Shown here piece after piece: positions 1 to 10,025 of a stretch of 64,000 bases of DNA. The DNA comes from Dysgonamonadaceae bacterium (lineage in GTDB: Bacteria > Bacteroidota > Bacteroidia > Bacteroidales > Azobacteroidaceae): the NCBI GenBank assembly GCA_031253625.1, contig JAIRVZ010000128.1, positions 31,307-95,306 on the forward strand. The letters run 5' to 3'. The position numbers and the translations under genes are program-made. The notes below the pieces were generated by a model. That model saw only the letters and a list, made by a program, of their open reading frames with translations, did no database searches and was not told the origin of the DNA. Within the stretch, counting starts at the first letter, position 1. Every line of letters begins with the position of its first letter.

Positions 1-855
1 GTGAAATGGTTTCACAAACAGAACGGCATTATTACAATTAGTTGGCATCCCACCAATCCGATTACTTCGCAATGGACAGGTCGCGCTATATCTCCCAACG
101 GACCGGGTTCGGCTTGGGATATTAAAAAATTCACTTCAGGACGGTATGCAGAACCTGATTCAGTCAACGATTTTGAAATAAAAGCAGATTCTCTGAATGC
201 CGTAAAATCTATTCTTCCCGGTGGAGAAAACCATGCCATGTTCAACGAATGGTTAGATATTTTGGCTGATTATTTCAAGACTTGGACTGACGATGGCGGA
301 AAGCCGATACCTTTTATTTTTCGCCCGTGGCACGAACATTCGGGAACATTCTTTTGGTGGGGACGCGAAAGATGTACCGACGAAGAATATGCCGAATTGT
401 GGAGATATACTGTTAATTATCTAAGAGATAAAGGATTACATAATATTTTATATGCCTATAATACCGATAAAGTATATTCGTTGGAAGACTTTATGCGCGG
501 GTATCCGGGCGACGAATATATTGATATGTTATCTATTGACTGGTATGGTTCGGGCGAAGAATTTAATGCATTGGTTGATACGGCGTTGAATTTTGCTACA
601 CGAGCAGCGGAGGAAAAAGGCAAATTATTTGCATTGAGCGAATGTGGCAATGTCAGCCAAGATATGGTTGATATATTGAAAAAATATAAAGTGTCTTATT
701 TCCTGACTTGGAGAAATGCTCCTCCAAGATATGCCCTTCCTGCCGACGTGATTGAAAGAATGGAACAGCAAAGGGAAGAAACGAATAAACAATTAAGACA
801 AATGTATGCCGACCCACATACGCTTTTCCTGAAAGATATTCAGAATGTTAAATAA
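1..855 (+). CDS. Glycoside hydrolase family 26-like (beta-mannanase-like), 5' end truncated by the window edge
   Basis: Frame is open from base 1. Motif FRPWHEHSGTFFWWG resembles the GH26 acid/base region, and LSECG fits the nucleophile region. Confidence 0.7.
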   Translation: MKWFHKQNGIITISWHPTNPITSQWTGRAISPNGPGSAWDIKKFTSGRYAEPDSVNDFEIKADSLNAVKSILPGGENHAMFNEWLDILADYFKTWTDDGGKPIPFIFRPWHEHSGTFFWWGRERCTDEEYAELWRYTVNYLRDKGLHNILYAYNTDKVYSLEDFMRGYPGDEYIDMLSIDWYGSGEEFNALVDTALNFATRAAEEKGKLFALSECGNVSQDMVDILKKYKVSYFLTWRNAPPRYALPADVIERMEQQREETNKQLRQMYADPHTLFLKDIQNVK

Positions 856-3397
856 AAAACTGATTTACACATTAGTTTTGTGGTGTGTATGCGGATTAAT
901 GGCATATGCCCAAGAATTTAAACTGAACATAAACTCCGGTTATTTTCAAAACCGGGGAGTAGATGTAATGGCATTTGACGATATTTATCCCGAAGGGCAT
1001 CAGAGCGGTGTGAGTATCATTATGCATGGTAATCGTATAGCAACCAATGGAGATATACGCTTTGAACCTACGCCCGGGCAATGGCAACCTGTACCGAAAC
1101 AGCGTGAGCGGAAAATGGATGAAGCGGCTAACACGATTACAACATGGCTCAGTTTCCCTGACTCTTCACACCATCAAACCGGTTTCAATCCGATGATTTA
1201 CCCCGATTTTGTATTTAACTACACGGTAACAGTCAGAGGTGAAGGGGTTTCAGTAATTGTTACGGTCGATTTAGACCGTCCCATTCCGGAAGAATTTATA
1301 GGTAAATTAGGTTTCAATTTGGAGTTATTCCCCGGTGCATTATTCGGTAAGCCATGGATTATGGATGATAAACAAGGTATATTTCCTCAACAACCTAATG
1401 CTCCTGTATTGGTGCATCCGGAAAATAACGCACATACCGGCAATTTCAATCCCGACGGAAAAGCTGACTTTGAACGCTTGTCGGGCTATCATCGCGGATA
1501 TAACCCAATATTGGCCGGTGATATTATTGCCGAACCTTACGCCATAGGAAGACGTTTTGTAGTGCGTCCAGACGACCCCGCCAACAGGTTCGTAATCGAG
1601 AGCAAGGGAACAGAACTAAAATTGTATGACGGGCGGATGAACCACAACAACGGTTGGTTCGTGGTCCGTAGCGACATTGCTCTGGGAAAAACTACGGAGG
1701 CAATCAAATGGGTAATTACGCCCAATGTAGTAGAAGATTGGAAATATAAGCCTGTAGTACAAACCTCTCAAATAGGCTATCATCCTGAGCAACCAAAAGT
1801 CGCCATCATCGAAATAGACAAACGCGAAAGCAATCGTGAGCTCCCAACCCTTTACAAAATTACGGAAACCGGAGAACAAAAAGTTTTTTCGGATGCTGGA
1901 GTAGAGTGGGGACAGTTCTTACGCTACAACTACCTGAAGTTCGACTTTTCGCATATCAAAGAGGAAGGATTATATCAAGTGCATTACGGTTCGTCTGTTT
2001 CGTCTATATTCAGGATAGCCCGCGATGTATATGACCGTGGAATTTGGCAGCCGGTATTGGAATACTTCTTGCCGGTTCAAATGTGTCACATGCGGGTAAA
2101 CGAAAAATATCGCGTATGGCACGATTTCTGCCACTTAGACGATGCACGTATGGCCCCTGTTGATTACAACCATATTGACGGATATGTGCAAGGTCCTTCA
2201 ACGTTGACAAAATTTCAACCGGGCGATGTCGTTCCGGGACTTAACCGTGGCGGTTGGCATGATGCCGGAGATTTCGATTTGCGCATAGAATCGCAAGCAG
2301 GAGAATGTTACATACTTGCTTTGACATACGAAACTTTTGATGTAAACTATGATGCAACCGCTATCGACCAATCTAAGCTAATAGTAGAGATACACGAGCC
2401 GGATGGCAAGAACGACATACTTCAACAAATCGAACATGGCTTGCTGTCTGTCGTAGGAGCCTATCGTTCAATGGGAAGACTCTACCGTGGAATTATATGT
2501 AACAACTTGAGACAATATGTATTGTTGGGAGATGCCGGAGCAATGACCGACGGTATCAAAGGAAACGACGACGACCGTTGGGTTTTTACAGAAGACAATC
2601 CTCCGCGCGAACTTATGGCTGCTGCCGGTTTGGCTGCCTCATCGCGAGCCTTGAAAAATTATAACGACACATTGAGCATGCAAGCTCTTGAAGCTGCCGA
2701 AACAATATTTAAGGCGACGGCATTGCAAACGCTGCCGAACCTTGTAGTCAACGAGAGTGCTAAATCTGCCAAAATACAGGCAGCTGTCGAGTTATATCTT
2801 GCTACAGGGAAAAAAGAATACAAAGATTTTCTTCTTTCGGAAACCGGATATATTGTTGCAAGCATCGACCGCATGGGTTGGTTTATCGGACGTGCAGAGC
2901 AAAAGATGAATGATGCGAAATTTACTAAAGCTATCAAGAACGCGCTACCCAGATACAAGCAAGAATTAGAAAAACTTAGTGCCGAAACGCCTTATGGCAT
3001 ACCTTATCGGCCGCATATATGGGGAGCAGGTTGGGATATTCAGCGTTTGGGTTATCAATATTATTTTCTCCATAAATCCTATCCAGAAATATTCGAACCA
3101 AATATGGTATTTAATGCGCTCAACTTTATACTTGGAAACCACCCCGGCTCTAACACAGCCTCTTTTGCTTCCGGTATAGGTGCAAAATCGGCTATTCCGG
3201 GTTATGGACTCAACCGTGCCGACTGGTCGTATATTCCCGGAGGAGTAGTATCGGGAACAGCCTTGATACGTCCCGATTTCCCCGAACTGTTAGAGTTCCC
3301 TTACCTGTGGCAACAAGTGGAATACGTTATGGGAGGCGGTTCTTCGCATTATATGTTTTTGGTCTTAGCGGCGCAGAAGATTTTGAAAGAGAAATAA
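845..3397 (+). CDS. Glycoside hydrolase family 9-like protein with N-terminal signal peptide
   Basis: 850-aa ORF overlapping the upstream gene by 11 nt. Hydrophobic N-terminus, and GGWHDAGDFDLR matches the GH9 GGWxDAGD signature. Confidence 0.7.
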   Translation: MLNKKLIYTLVLWCVCGLMAYAQEFKLNINSGYFQNRGVDVMAFDDIYPEGHQSGVSIIMHGNRIATNGDIRFEPTPGQWQPVPKQRERKMDEAANTITTWLSFPDSSHHQTGFNPMIYPDFVFNYTVTVRGEGVSVIVTVDLDRPIPEEFIGKLGFNLELFPGALFGKPWIMDDKQGIFPQQPNAPVLVHPENNAHTGNFNPDGKADFERLSGYHRGYNPILAGDIIAEPYAIGRRFVVRPDDPANRFVIESKGTELKLYDGRMNHNNGWFVVRSDIALGKTTEAIKWVITPNVVEDWKYKPVVQTSQIGYHPEQPKVAIIEIDKRESNRELPTLYKITETGEQKVFSDAGVEWGQFLRYNYLKFDFSHIKEEGLYQVHYGSSVSSIFRIARDVYDRGIWQPVLEYFLPVQMCHMRVNEKYRVWHDFCHLDDARMAPVDYNHIDGYVQGPSTLTKFQPGDVVPGLNRGGWHDAGDFDLRIESQAGECYILALTYETFDVNYDATAIDQSKLIVEIHEPDGKNDILQQIEHGLLSVVGAYRSMGRLYRGIICNNLRQYVLLGDAGAMTDGIKGNDDDRWVFTEDNPPRELMAAAGLAASSRALKNYNDTLSMQALEAAETIFKATALQTLPNLVVNESAKSAKIQAAVELYLATGKKEYKDFLLSETGYIVASIDRMGWFIGRAEQKMNDAKFTKAIKNALPRYKQELEKLSAETPYGIPYRPHIWGAGWDIQRLGYQYYFLHKSYPEIFEPNMVFNALNFILGNHPGSNTASFASGIGAKSAIPGYGLNRADWSYIPGGVVSGTALIRPDFPELLEFPYLWQQVEYVMGGGSSHYMFLVLAAQKILKEK

Positions 3398-3493
3398 AAT
3401 TTGATAATGGGAGAGTTTTAAAAAGTTTCAAGTCCTTCTTCAAATCAAATTGTTGTCCCTGTCTGTGAAACATTGGGGATTGACAACAAAATT

Positions 3494-3516
3494 ATGGCCG
3501 AAAAATTTTCGGCCAT
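3494..3516. terminator. Hairpin between convergent genes (bidirectional terminator candidate)
   Basis: ATGGCCG-AAAAATTTT-CGGCCAT perfect palindrome between the GH9 (+) and GH57 (-) stop codons. A second hairpin, TTGTTGTC...GACAACAA, lies just upstream. Confidence 0.6.
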
Positions 3517-3566
3517 TTTATGTAAAAGTGAAAATCACATTTTATGATTTACATAAGATTGCTTTA

Positions 3567-4859
3567 TTAAACAGCTTTCTTCTTTTTCAATTTAGTCAAA
3601 TCACTTTCTAACTTGGCAATTGTATTTTCCTGATTGCGGATAGTAGTTAGCAGTGCATTGAGTTCTTCGTTGTCGATAGAGATCGGATATTGTGCGTTTA
3701 CCCTCGTAATAAAATCGCTAAGTACATTCATGTAATTGCTGAATGCATCATAAGCGTTTTCGTAAGGGCTGTATACGCTTGGTCCCGGGAAATACTTGGT
3801 GCTCATGAAGCGGAAATGATCGCTTACTTGCAAGTAAATCCAATCTTGTTTAATGCGACGGTCTGCGCACAACATTACTCGTTCTCCAATGTTGTATAGT
3901 TTCTTCAATGCTTCTCGTTGAAGGGTATTACCTGTCCAAGCACTTGTATCTCTTTCTTCGCCCGACCATGAGCAAGGATATGGAGCCGAAATTTTATCGA
4001 CAGGTTTTAATTTATTGAGAACTTCTGATGGAGTGGAGAAACTGATTGCTTTATCTAAGGCAAATTTAGGTAACGCTTTGAAAAACTCGAAGATACCTGT
4101 GTCTGCCGGCTGTACGCTGCCCAACGTTTCGTAATTCATGAATAAATTAATCAATTGTTCGGATTCGGGTAGTGCGTTAATCCAATTGATAAATTTATCG
4201 GCAGTCAAAGGATAATCGCTCCAGCTGTAATTAGAAAAACGGAACATAATATCTTCGCTGAACTTCATATTCCGCAACAATAGTTTCAACCCCGGACTTG
4301 ATACCGAATTATACAAATAATTAGGACTTTTCCAACCCAGCAAGTGTTTGGCTCCTTCAGTTAACATTCCTTTGTAGCCCATCCGGTGCACCATATCTCC
4401 GATTTCGTCGGAATAAATTAACTCTGTATTCCGGAATACTTTAGGTTTTTTTCCGAATAACAGCTCGATTTTTTCTGCGTGATCCTCCACTTGCTTTTTG
4501 AATTCATCTTCACTGTATAAGCAAGATAAAGAATGTCCGTAAGTTTCGGAAAGGAATTCCACACAACCTGTTTGAGCAAGTTCTTTGAGTCCGTCGATTG
4601 CCTCGGGAACATATATTTCCAATTGTTCCAAAACGGCTCCGGAAACAGAAAATGCAACTTTAAATTTACCGTTATGCGCATTGATTAAGTCCAACAGCAT
4701 GGCATTTGCTCTCAAAAAAGAACGGTCGGCAATTCCTCGCAGAATATCCTCGTTTGAAAAATCATCATAATAGTAGTGGTCACTACCTATATCGAAAAAG
4801 CGATACCGTTTTAATCTTACCGGCTGATGTATTTGAAAATAAAGACAGATAGTTTTCAT
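3567..4859 (-). CDS. Glycoside hydrolase family 57 (alpha-amylase/branching-enzyme family)
   Basis: 430-aa ORF. The N-terminus ICLYFQIHQPVRLKRYRFFDIG is typical of GH57, and the gene is clustered with a GT4 gene and a debranching enzyme gene. Confidence 0.8.
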   Translation of the reverse strand: MKTICLYFQIHQPVRLKRYRFFDIGSDHYYYDDFSNEDILRGIADRSFLRANAMLLDLINAHNGKFKVAFSVSGAVLEQLEIYVPEAIDGLKELAQTGCVEFLSETYGHSLSCLYSEDEFKKQVEDHAEKIELLFGKKPKVFRNTELIYSDEIGDMVHRMGYKGMLTEGAKHLLGWKSPNYLYNSVSSPGLKLLLRNMKFSEDIMFRFSNYSWSDYPLTADKFINWINALPESEQLINLFMNYETLGSVQPADTGIFEFFKALPKFALDKAISFSTPSEVLNKLKPVDKISAPYPCSWSGEERDTSAWTGNTLQREALKKLYNIGERVMLCADRRIKQDWIYLQVSDHFRFMSTKYFPGPSVYSPYENAYDAFSNYMNVLSDFITRVNAQYPISIDNEELNALLTTIRNQENTIAKLESDLTKLKKKKAV

Positions 4860-4871
4860 ATATTTTATTTT

Positions 4872-6131
4872 TTATTTCATTACACTTTCATAAATTTTAC
4901 GGACTTTCTGCCCTGCATATTCCCATTTAATTTCGTTTACCTCTTTAAGTCCTTCTTCTTTAAGATACTCGAACATAGACGGATAAGTAATAATCGAATA
5001 CATCGCATCGGCCATATATTCAATATCCCAATAATCTGTTTTGATAGCGTTGGTCAGAATTTCGGCACATCCCGATTGTTTGGAAATAATACTCGGAACA
5101 CCGCATTGCATCGCCTCTAAAGGAGAGATTCCAAAAGGTTCGGAAACAGAAGGCATCACATAAACATCGCTTGATTTGAGCATTTCATACACCTGTTTTC
5201 CTTTTAAGAATCCTGTAAAATGGAATTTATCAGCGATATTTCTTTGTGCCGCCAAGCGAATCATTTGATTCATCATATCACCACTTCCGGCCATTACAAA
5301 CCTCACATTGTCAGTCTTTTTCAGTACGCGAGCAGCGGCTTCGACGAAGTATTCCGGCCCTTTTTGCATGGTGATCCGGCCTAAAAACGTAATTACTTTG
5401 TCTTTCGTTCCTTTTTTCGATTGAATTGCTTCTATTTCAGGAGACAAAGGCTCTACTGCATTGTGAACGGTCGTTACTTTTTTCGGATCCTGATGATATT
5501 TCTCGATTACAATGTTGCGAGTTAGATTACTAACGGTAATGATATGGTCAGCATTATCCATTCCATCTTTTTCAATTGCGTATACACGCGGATTCACGTT
5601 TCCTCGACTTCTGTCGAAATCCGTTGCATGAACGTGTATAACCAATGGCTTGCCGGTTATCGTTTTGGCGTGCAATCCTGCGGGATAAGTCAACCAATCG
5701 TGCGAATGTATAATGTCGAAATTATTACTTCTTGCAATCACGCCTGCGACAATGGAATAATTATTGATTTCTTCCAATAAATTATCCGGATAACGGCCTG
5801 AGAATTCAATTGTTCCGAATTCATTTGTATTCAAGTATCTGAAATCGGAATAAATATGATCCCTCAAAGTATAATAATCTTGAGGATCCATATATTTACC
5901 AAATCGTTCCCGCACTTTCTCGGGAGAAACATCTTTCCAAACCAACGGAGTATTACAGGATCCGATGATTTTAAGAAAACTCTGGTCTTCATCTCCCCAT
6001 GGTTTAGGAATTACAAAAGTAATATCCATATCAGGTTGCATAGCCATGCCTTTAGTCAGACCATAGCTGGCGGTTCCCAATCCTCCCAATATGTGAGGTG
6101 GAAACTCCCACCCAAACATTAATGCTTTCAT
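4872..6131 (-). CDS. Glycosyltransferase family 4, glycogen synthase-like
   Basis: 419-aa ORF with N-terminal FPPHILGGLGTA and C-terminal EPFGISPLEAM (GT-B E-x7-E region). It has a 4-nt overlap with the upstream debranching enzyme gene. Confidence 0.75.
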   Translation of the reverse strand: MKALMFGWEFPPHILGGLGTASYGLTKGMAMQPDMDITFVIPKPWGDEDQSFLKIIGSCNTPLVWKDVSPEKVRERFGKYMDPQDYYTLRDHIYSDFRYLNTNEFGTIEFSGRYPDNLLEEINNYSIVAGVIARSNNFDIIHSHDWLTYPAGLHAKTITGKPLVIHVHATDFDRSRGNVNPRVYAIEKDGMDNADHIITVSNLTRNIVIEKYHQDPKKVTTVHNAVEPLSPEIEAIQSKKGTKDKVITFLGRITMQKGPEYFVEAAARVLKKTDNVRFVMAGSGDMMNQMIRLAAQRNIADKFHFTGFLKGKQVYEMLKSSDVYVMPSVSEPFGISPLEAMQCGVPSIISKQSGCAEILTNAIKTDYWDIEYMADAMYSIITYPSMFEYLKEEGLKEVNEIKWEYAGQKVRKIYESVMK

Positions 6132-8071
6132 TGATTATATGATTCAAGTAATTTTAACACTCTAAGTACCATAGATACATTCATGGCGAAAGAAATAGCG
6201 CCTCCGCTTTTGAATGGCGGGTTCCCGTCGAAAAGTTCGGAAAGAGAACCGATACAGTGCGTACTCATTTCTTCGTCTAATCCGATTAACATTCTCTCTA
6301 CGAAAGAGATACCGCTCATCTTATACAGTTTTAAATATGCCTCCAAGTAAAACCCTAACAGCCAAGGCCATACGGTTCCCTGATGATACGAAAGGTCTCT
6401 TTCTCTTTGAGAACCTATATAATAAGGTCTATACCCTTCGCTTTTCGGACTCAAAGAGCGAAGTCCTTTGGGTGTTACGAGTTCTTTGGTAACGATATTC
6501 AATACGGATCTTTTTTGCATTCTATCTAATGGAGAATAATCGAGCGCAACGGCCATGATCATATTCGGGCGAACACTCCAATCCACGTAATCTCCGTCGA
6601 TGTAATCGTATAAATAGTCATATCCATTAAGGAATGTTTCAACGAAAGAGTTTTTAGTCTGTTCTGCTAATTTTTCCAAGTTGGCAGCTTTTTTCGTATT
6701 CTCGTTTTGAGATTCCATGTCGGCAGCAAATTTCAAAGCATTGTACCACAAAGCATTAAATTCAACGATATATCCGGAACGAGGAATAATCGGACGGCCG
6801 TCGATTGTCGAATTCATCCAAGTAACAGCTTGATTTTTTCCGTCGGAATACAATAAACCGTTATCTTCTAAACGCAAGTTGTTGTGTTTGTTTTTTCGGA
6901 TATAGGATATGATTTCGGATATAAAATCTCCGTAAAGTTTTGAACATTGTTCTTTTCCGCACGATTTAGCATATTGTTGTATGCTCCAAACTACCCACAA
7001 CAAAACATCAGGTGCATCTATTTCTCGAATAACTTTATCTTTTTCTCCGGTTTCCATAAACCGACGCAATGCAGGAATAGCTGTGGTCAAGATTTTTTCG
7101 AAACGCACCGGATCATCGATAGAAAGCGTTGCTCCCGGAGTTGAAATAAACAAATCTCGTGCTCGCACTTTAAACCACGGATAACCGGCTAATAAATAAG
7201 CATCATTTTCAGTTGGGCGGTGATAGAACTGTTGCGCTGAATTTTTCAGACAATTGTAAAAATTTGTACGAGGAGTTCGTGACGCTGCCTCTTCATCAAA
7301 AATATTTTTCAGTTTTTTTGTTTCGACAGGCGATTCTCCGGCAGAAAAATAAACGGATTCACCTTTTTTAATAGGTAATTCGAAATATCCCGGTACATAT
7401 AAATCTTCTTTGTACGGAAATCCGCGTTCCTGTTCTTTCGAATATTCTATTCCTTTATACCAGTTGGGTTCGAAAATAAAATCACAATATTTACTGAACT
7501 GCATGTGTAATTCGGGATAACCTTCATACATACAGGTTTTTATACCATTTTCGATTTCGGTATAATTTCTATTTACAGCATTGTTTTCGACCATCAGGCT
7601 ATTTACATTCCTGAATGCTAAAAACGGCTTAAACCGGAGTGTAGTAGGAGAGTGAGCTTCCAATAAAGTATACTTTATCATCGCTCTATTTTCGAATGTT
7701 GTGAAAATTGTTTCTTTAGAAAGAATAACACCTCCAACCCGATATATTTTTTTCGGAAGAGTATCGCATTCGAACTGACGAATGTATTTGTGTCCGTTGG
7801 GACTGAAACAATTTCCTCCGTATTTATGCAATCCAAGGTTAAATTCTGCGCCATGTTGTATGACCGTTTCATCCAGCGTCGACAACATAACGTGATTATC
7901 GTTATCCAAAGCCGGAACAGGCATAACCAATAATCCGTGGTATTTTCTTGTATTACAGTCAACTATCGTTGTACAGTGATATGCTCCTATTCGATTGGTT
8001 CTCAAAACCTCCCTGTTGAGAGATTCTTCGAGATTAATCATTAACGTTTTATCAAATTTCAGATAATTCAT
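6128..8071 (-). CDS. Glycogen debranching enzyme (N-terminal domain plus amylo-alpha-1,6-glucosidase domain)
   Basis: 647-aa ORF. YHQGTVWPWLLG is typical of the GDE C-terminal six-hairpin domain. Sits in a glycogen gene cluster. Confidence 0.75.
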   Translation of the reverse strand: MNYLKFDKTLMINLEESLNREVLRTNRIGAYHCTTIVDCNTRKYHGLLVMPVPALDNDNHVMLSTLDETVIQHGAEFNLGLHKYGGNCFSPNGHKYIRQFECDTLPKKIYRVGGVILSKETIFTTFENRAMIKYTLLEAHSPTTLRFKPFLAFRNVNSLMVENNAVNRNYTEIENGIKTCMYEGYPELHMQFSKYCDFIFEPNWYKGIEYSKEQERGFPYKEDLYVPGYFELPIKKGESVYFSAGESPVETKKLKNIFDEEAASRTPRTNFYNCLKNSAQQFYHRPTENDAYLLAGYPWFKVRARDLFISTPGATLSIDDPVRFEKILTTAIPALRRFMETGEKDKVIREIDAPDVLLWVVWSIQQYAKSCGKEQCSKLYGDFISEIISYIRKNKHNNLRLEDNGLLYSDGKNQAVTWMNSTIDGRPIIPRSGYIVEFNALWYNALKFAADMESQNENTKKAANLEKLAEQTKNSFVETFLNGYDYLYDYIDGDYVDWSVRPNMIMAVALDYSPLDRMQKRSVLNIVTKELVTPKGLRSLSPKSEGYRPYYIGSQRERDLSYHQGTVWPWLLGFYLEAYLKLYKMSGISFVERMLIGLDEEMSTHCIGSLSELFDGNPPFKSGGAISFAMNVSMVLRVLKLLESYNQ

Positions 8072-8207
8072 ATCAATTTTCTATTTCTTTTGAATATATA
8101 ACGCTTATTTCGGCAAAATGTTCATTATTTTTCCAAAAATATTAATAATTTTCACACTTTCAAAAAAATACTATATATTTTTTTATTTTTGCTATTATTT
8201 TTGCAAA

Positions 8208-8918
8208 ATGAAATTTGAATCTAAGTGCATACTCTATGCTTTATTTGTTCCTTTGTTGCTCGTAATCATAATATGGGTGATTCATATTTTTCAATGGGAG
8301 TTGCATACCTGTTGGAAAAATCTTGGGATATATCCCAGATCAGTTCAAGGATTGATGGGCATTTTAACCAGTCCGTTGATTCATGGTAGTTTCAAACATC
8401 TATTTTCTAACACCGTACCGTTGTTTATTTTAGGCTGGTGTTTGTTTTATTTTTATAAAGATTTGAGTTACTTGGTTTTTCCTATAATATGGATTGGCAC
8501 AGGCTTTATTACATGGTGCATCGGTCGGGAATCGTGGCACATCGGAGCCAGCGGATTAATTTACGGAATGTCGTTTTTCTTGTTTTTCAGCGGATTATTC
8601 CGAAAATATATTCCATTATTGGCAATTTCATTATTAGTTACTTTTTTATACGGAAGTATAATTTTCAGTATGCTGCCTGTTTCCGAGTTGGTTGACTGTA
8701 CCATATCGTGGGAGGGACACCTTTCCGGAGGAATTACCGGATTATTTGCAGCGATTATTTTTAGAAATAAAGGGCCTCAAAAACCGGCAGGGCCGTTTGA
8801 TAACGAAATTGAAGAAGAGGAGGAAGAAAATATTGAACTTAACTGTAAAAGTGGTGAAACCGAAAAATCCGGAACGGATTTAATCTCGGTAGCCGGATGT
8901 GAAACGTTCGGAAATTAA
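8208..8918 (+). CDS. Rhomboid family intramembrane serine protease
   Basis: Multi-TM ORF with a GASGLIYG (GxSG) motif and a downstream His-containing TM (WEGHLSGG). ATG at 8208 is preferred over the ORF-track start at 8118, which lies in AT-rich promoter sequence. Confidence 0.7.
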   Translation: MKFESKCILYALFVPLLLVIIIWVIHIFQWELHTCWKNLGIYPRSVQGLMGILTSPLIHGSFKHLFSNTVPLFILGWCLFYFYKDLSYLVFPIIWIGTGFITWCIGRESWHIGASGLIYGMSFFLFFSGLFRKYIPLLAISLLVTFLYGSIIFSMLPVSELVDCTISWEGHLSGGITGLFAAIIFRNKGPQKPAGPFDNEIEEEEEENIELNCKSGETEKSGTDLISVAGCETFGN

Positions 8919-8948
8919 AAAAGGCCGTTCGTTTGAACAGCCTTTTTT
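8917..8948. terminator. Bidirectional rho-independent terminator candidate
   Basis: AAAAAAGGC...GCCTTTTTT hairpin between the convergent rhomboid (+) and rpsO (-) genes. Confidence 0.65.
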
Positions 8949-8967
8949 CCAATGTTTTCGAAAAGAA

Positions 8968-9237
8968 TCATTTTCTGATTCCCAACTCTTTGATAATGCT
9001 ACGATATCTTTCGATATCTTTATCTTTAAGATAATCAAGCAAACGACGACGTTTACCTACCAACATTCTCAAAGATCTTTCCGTGCTATAATCCTTCTTA
9101 TTTAACTTGAGGTGCTCAGTTAAATGCGAAATACGGTATGAAAACAATGCTATCTGTCCCTCTGCAGAACCGGTATCAGTGTTAGACTTTCCGTACTTTG
9201 CGAAGATTTCTTTCTTCTTTTCTGAATCTAAATACAT
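8968..9237 (-). CDS. rpsO: 30S ribosomal protein S15
   Basis: 89-aa ORF with the canonical S15 sequence ([22 protein letters not shown]...[12 protein letters not shown]). Confidence 0.95.
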   Translation of the reverse strand: MYLDSEKKKEIFAKYGKSNTDTGSAEGQIALFSYRISHLTEHLKLNKKDYSTERSLRMLVGKRRRLLDYLKDKDIERYRSIIKELGIRK

Positions 9238-9268
9238 GATTTTGTATATTAATTAATAAAACGAGCGG

Positions 9269-9276
9269 CAAAGGTA
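9269..9276 (-). promoter_or_regulatory. Bacteroidota -7 promoter box (TAccTTTG on the minus strand) for rpsO
   Basis: The reverse complement of CAAAGGTA is TACCTTTG, about 30 nt upstream of the rpsO start. Confidence 0.55.
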
Positions 9277-9286
9277 AGATAAATAA

Positions 9287-9312
9287 TTGAAAGTTGAAAA
9301 TTGAAAATTGAA
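9287..9312. repeat. Tandem heptamer repeat TTGAAA(A/G), about 3.7 copies
   Basis: Reads TTGAAAG TTGAAAA TTGAAAA TTGAA in the rpsO / ORF6N divergent intergenic region. Confidence 0.8.
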
Positions 9313-9401
9313 TTTTTTTGAAAAAGGCTATTAAAGATTGGCGTTTTTCCGAATCATTTTTTACTTTTGTCCTATATTGATTAATCAAGACAAATTATTT
9401 T

Positions 9402-10001
9402 ATGAGCAAAGCAAACCTAACAAAAACTTCGGTTGATTCCAAAGAATATGAATCCTCCAATCTATTACGCTTTCAAAACGAAAGTAAATTGCAAATTGTC
9501 GGAAATAAAATTTTTGAAATTAGAGGTCAAAAAATAATGCTTGACTTCGACCTTGCCGAATTATACGAAGTGGAAACAAAGCGTATTAATGAGGCTGTTC
9601 GCAGAAATATTGAGCGATTTCCCCAACGATTTATGTTTCGACTTACACAGGAAGAATGGAATATGATGCGGTCGCAATTTGCGACCGCATACAATCAGCG
9701 GAAACGAAATATAGGTATTACGCCTTTTGCATTTACAGAACACGGTGTAACTATGTTAGCAAGTGTTTTGAAAAGCAAAAAAGCAATTCAAATGAATATT
9801 GTTATTGTAGAGGCGTTTATCGCTCTAAAAGAATTTGCGTTGAATTATCATGAACTTTCGTATAAACTCAAGCAATTGGAAGAAAAATATGACCAACAAT
9901 TTACCGATATTACCGAGGCAATCAACTACTTACTTCAAAAGGATAAAGTTGAAGTGGAACAACGGCAAAGAAGAAGAATCGGATTTAATGTAAAAGATTG
10001 A
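9402..10001 (+). CDS. ORF6N domain-containing (KilA-N-like DNA-binding) protein
   Basis: 199-aa ORF. IMLDFDLAELYEVETKRINEAVRRNIERFPQRFMFRLTQEEW matches the ORF6N family signature. A TActTTTG box lies at 9362-9369. Confidence 0.7.
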   Translation: MSKANLTKTSVDSKEYESSNLLRFQNESKLQIVGNKIFEIRGQKIMLDFDLAELYEVETKRINEAVRRNIERFPQRFMFRLTQEEWNMMRSQFATAYNQRKRNIGITPFAFTEHGVTMLASVLKSKKAIQMNIVIVEAFIALKEFALNYHELSYKLKQLEEKYDQQFTDITEAINYLLQKDKVEVEQRQRRRIGFNVKD

Positions 10002-10025
10002 ATATTGCCTGTTCCCAATTCTGTT

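Noticed and set aside
8118-8207. Upstream extension of the rhomboid ORF
   Set aside because: It is AT-rich, Phe/Ile/Tyr-only sequence that contains a TAnnTTTG-like box, so it is promoter DNA rather than coding sequence.
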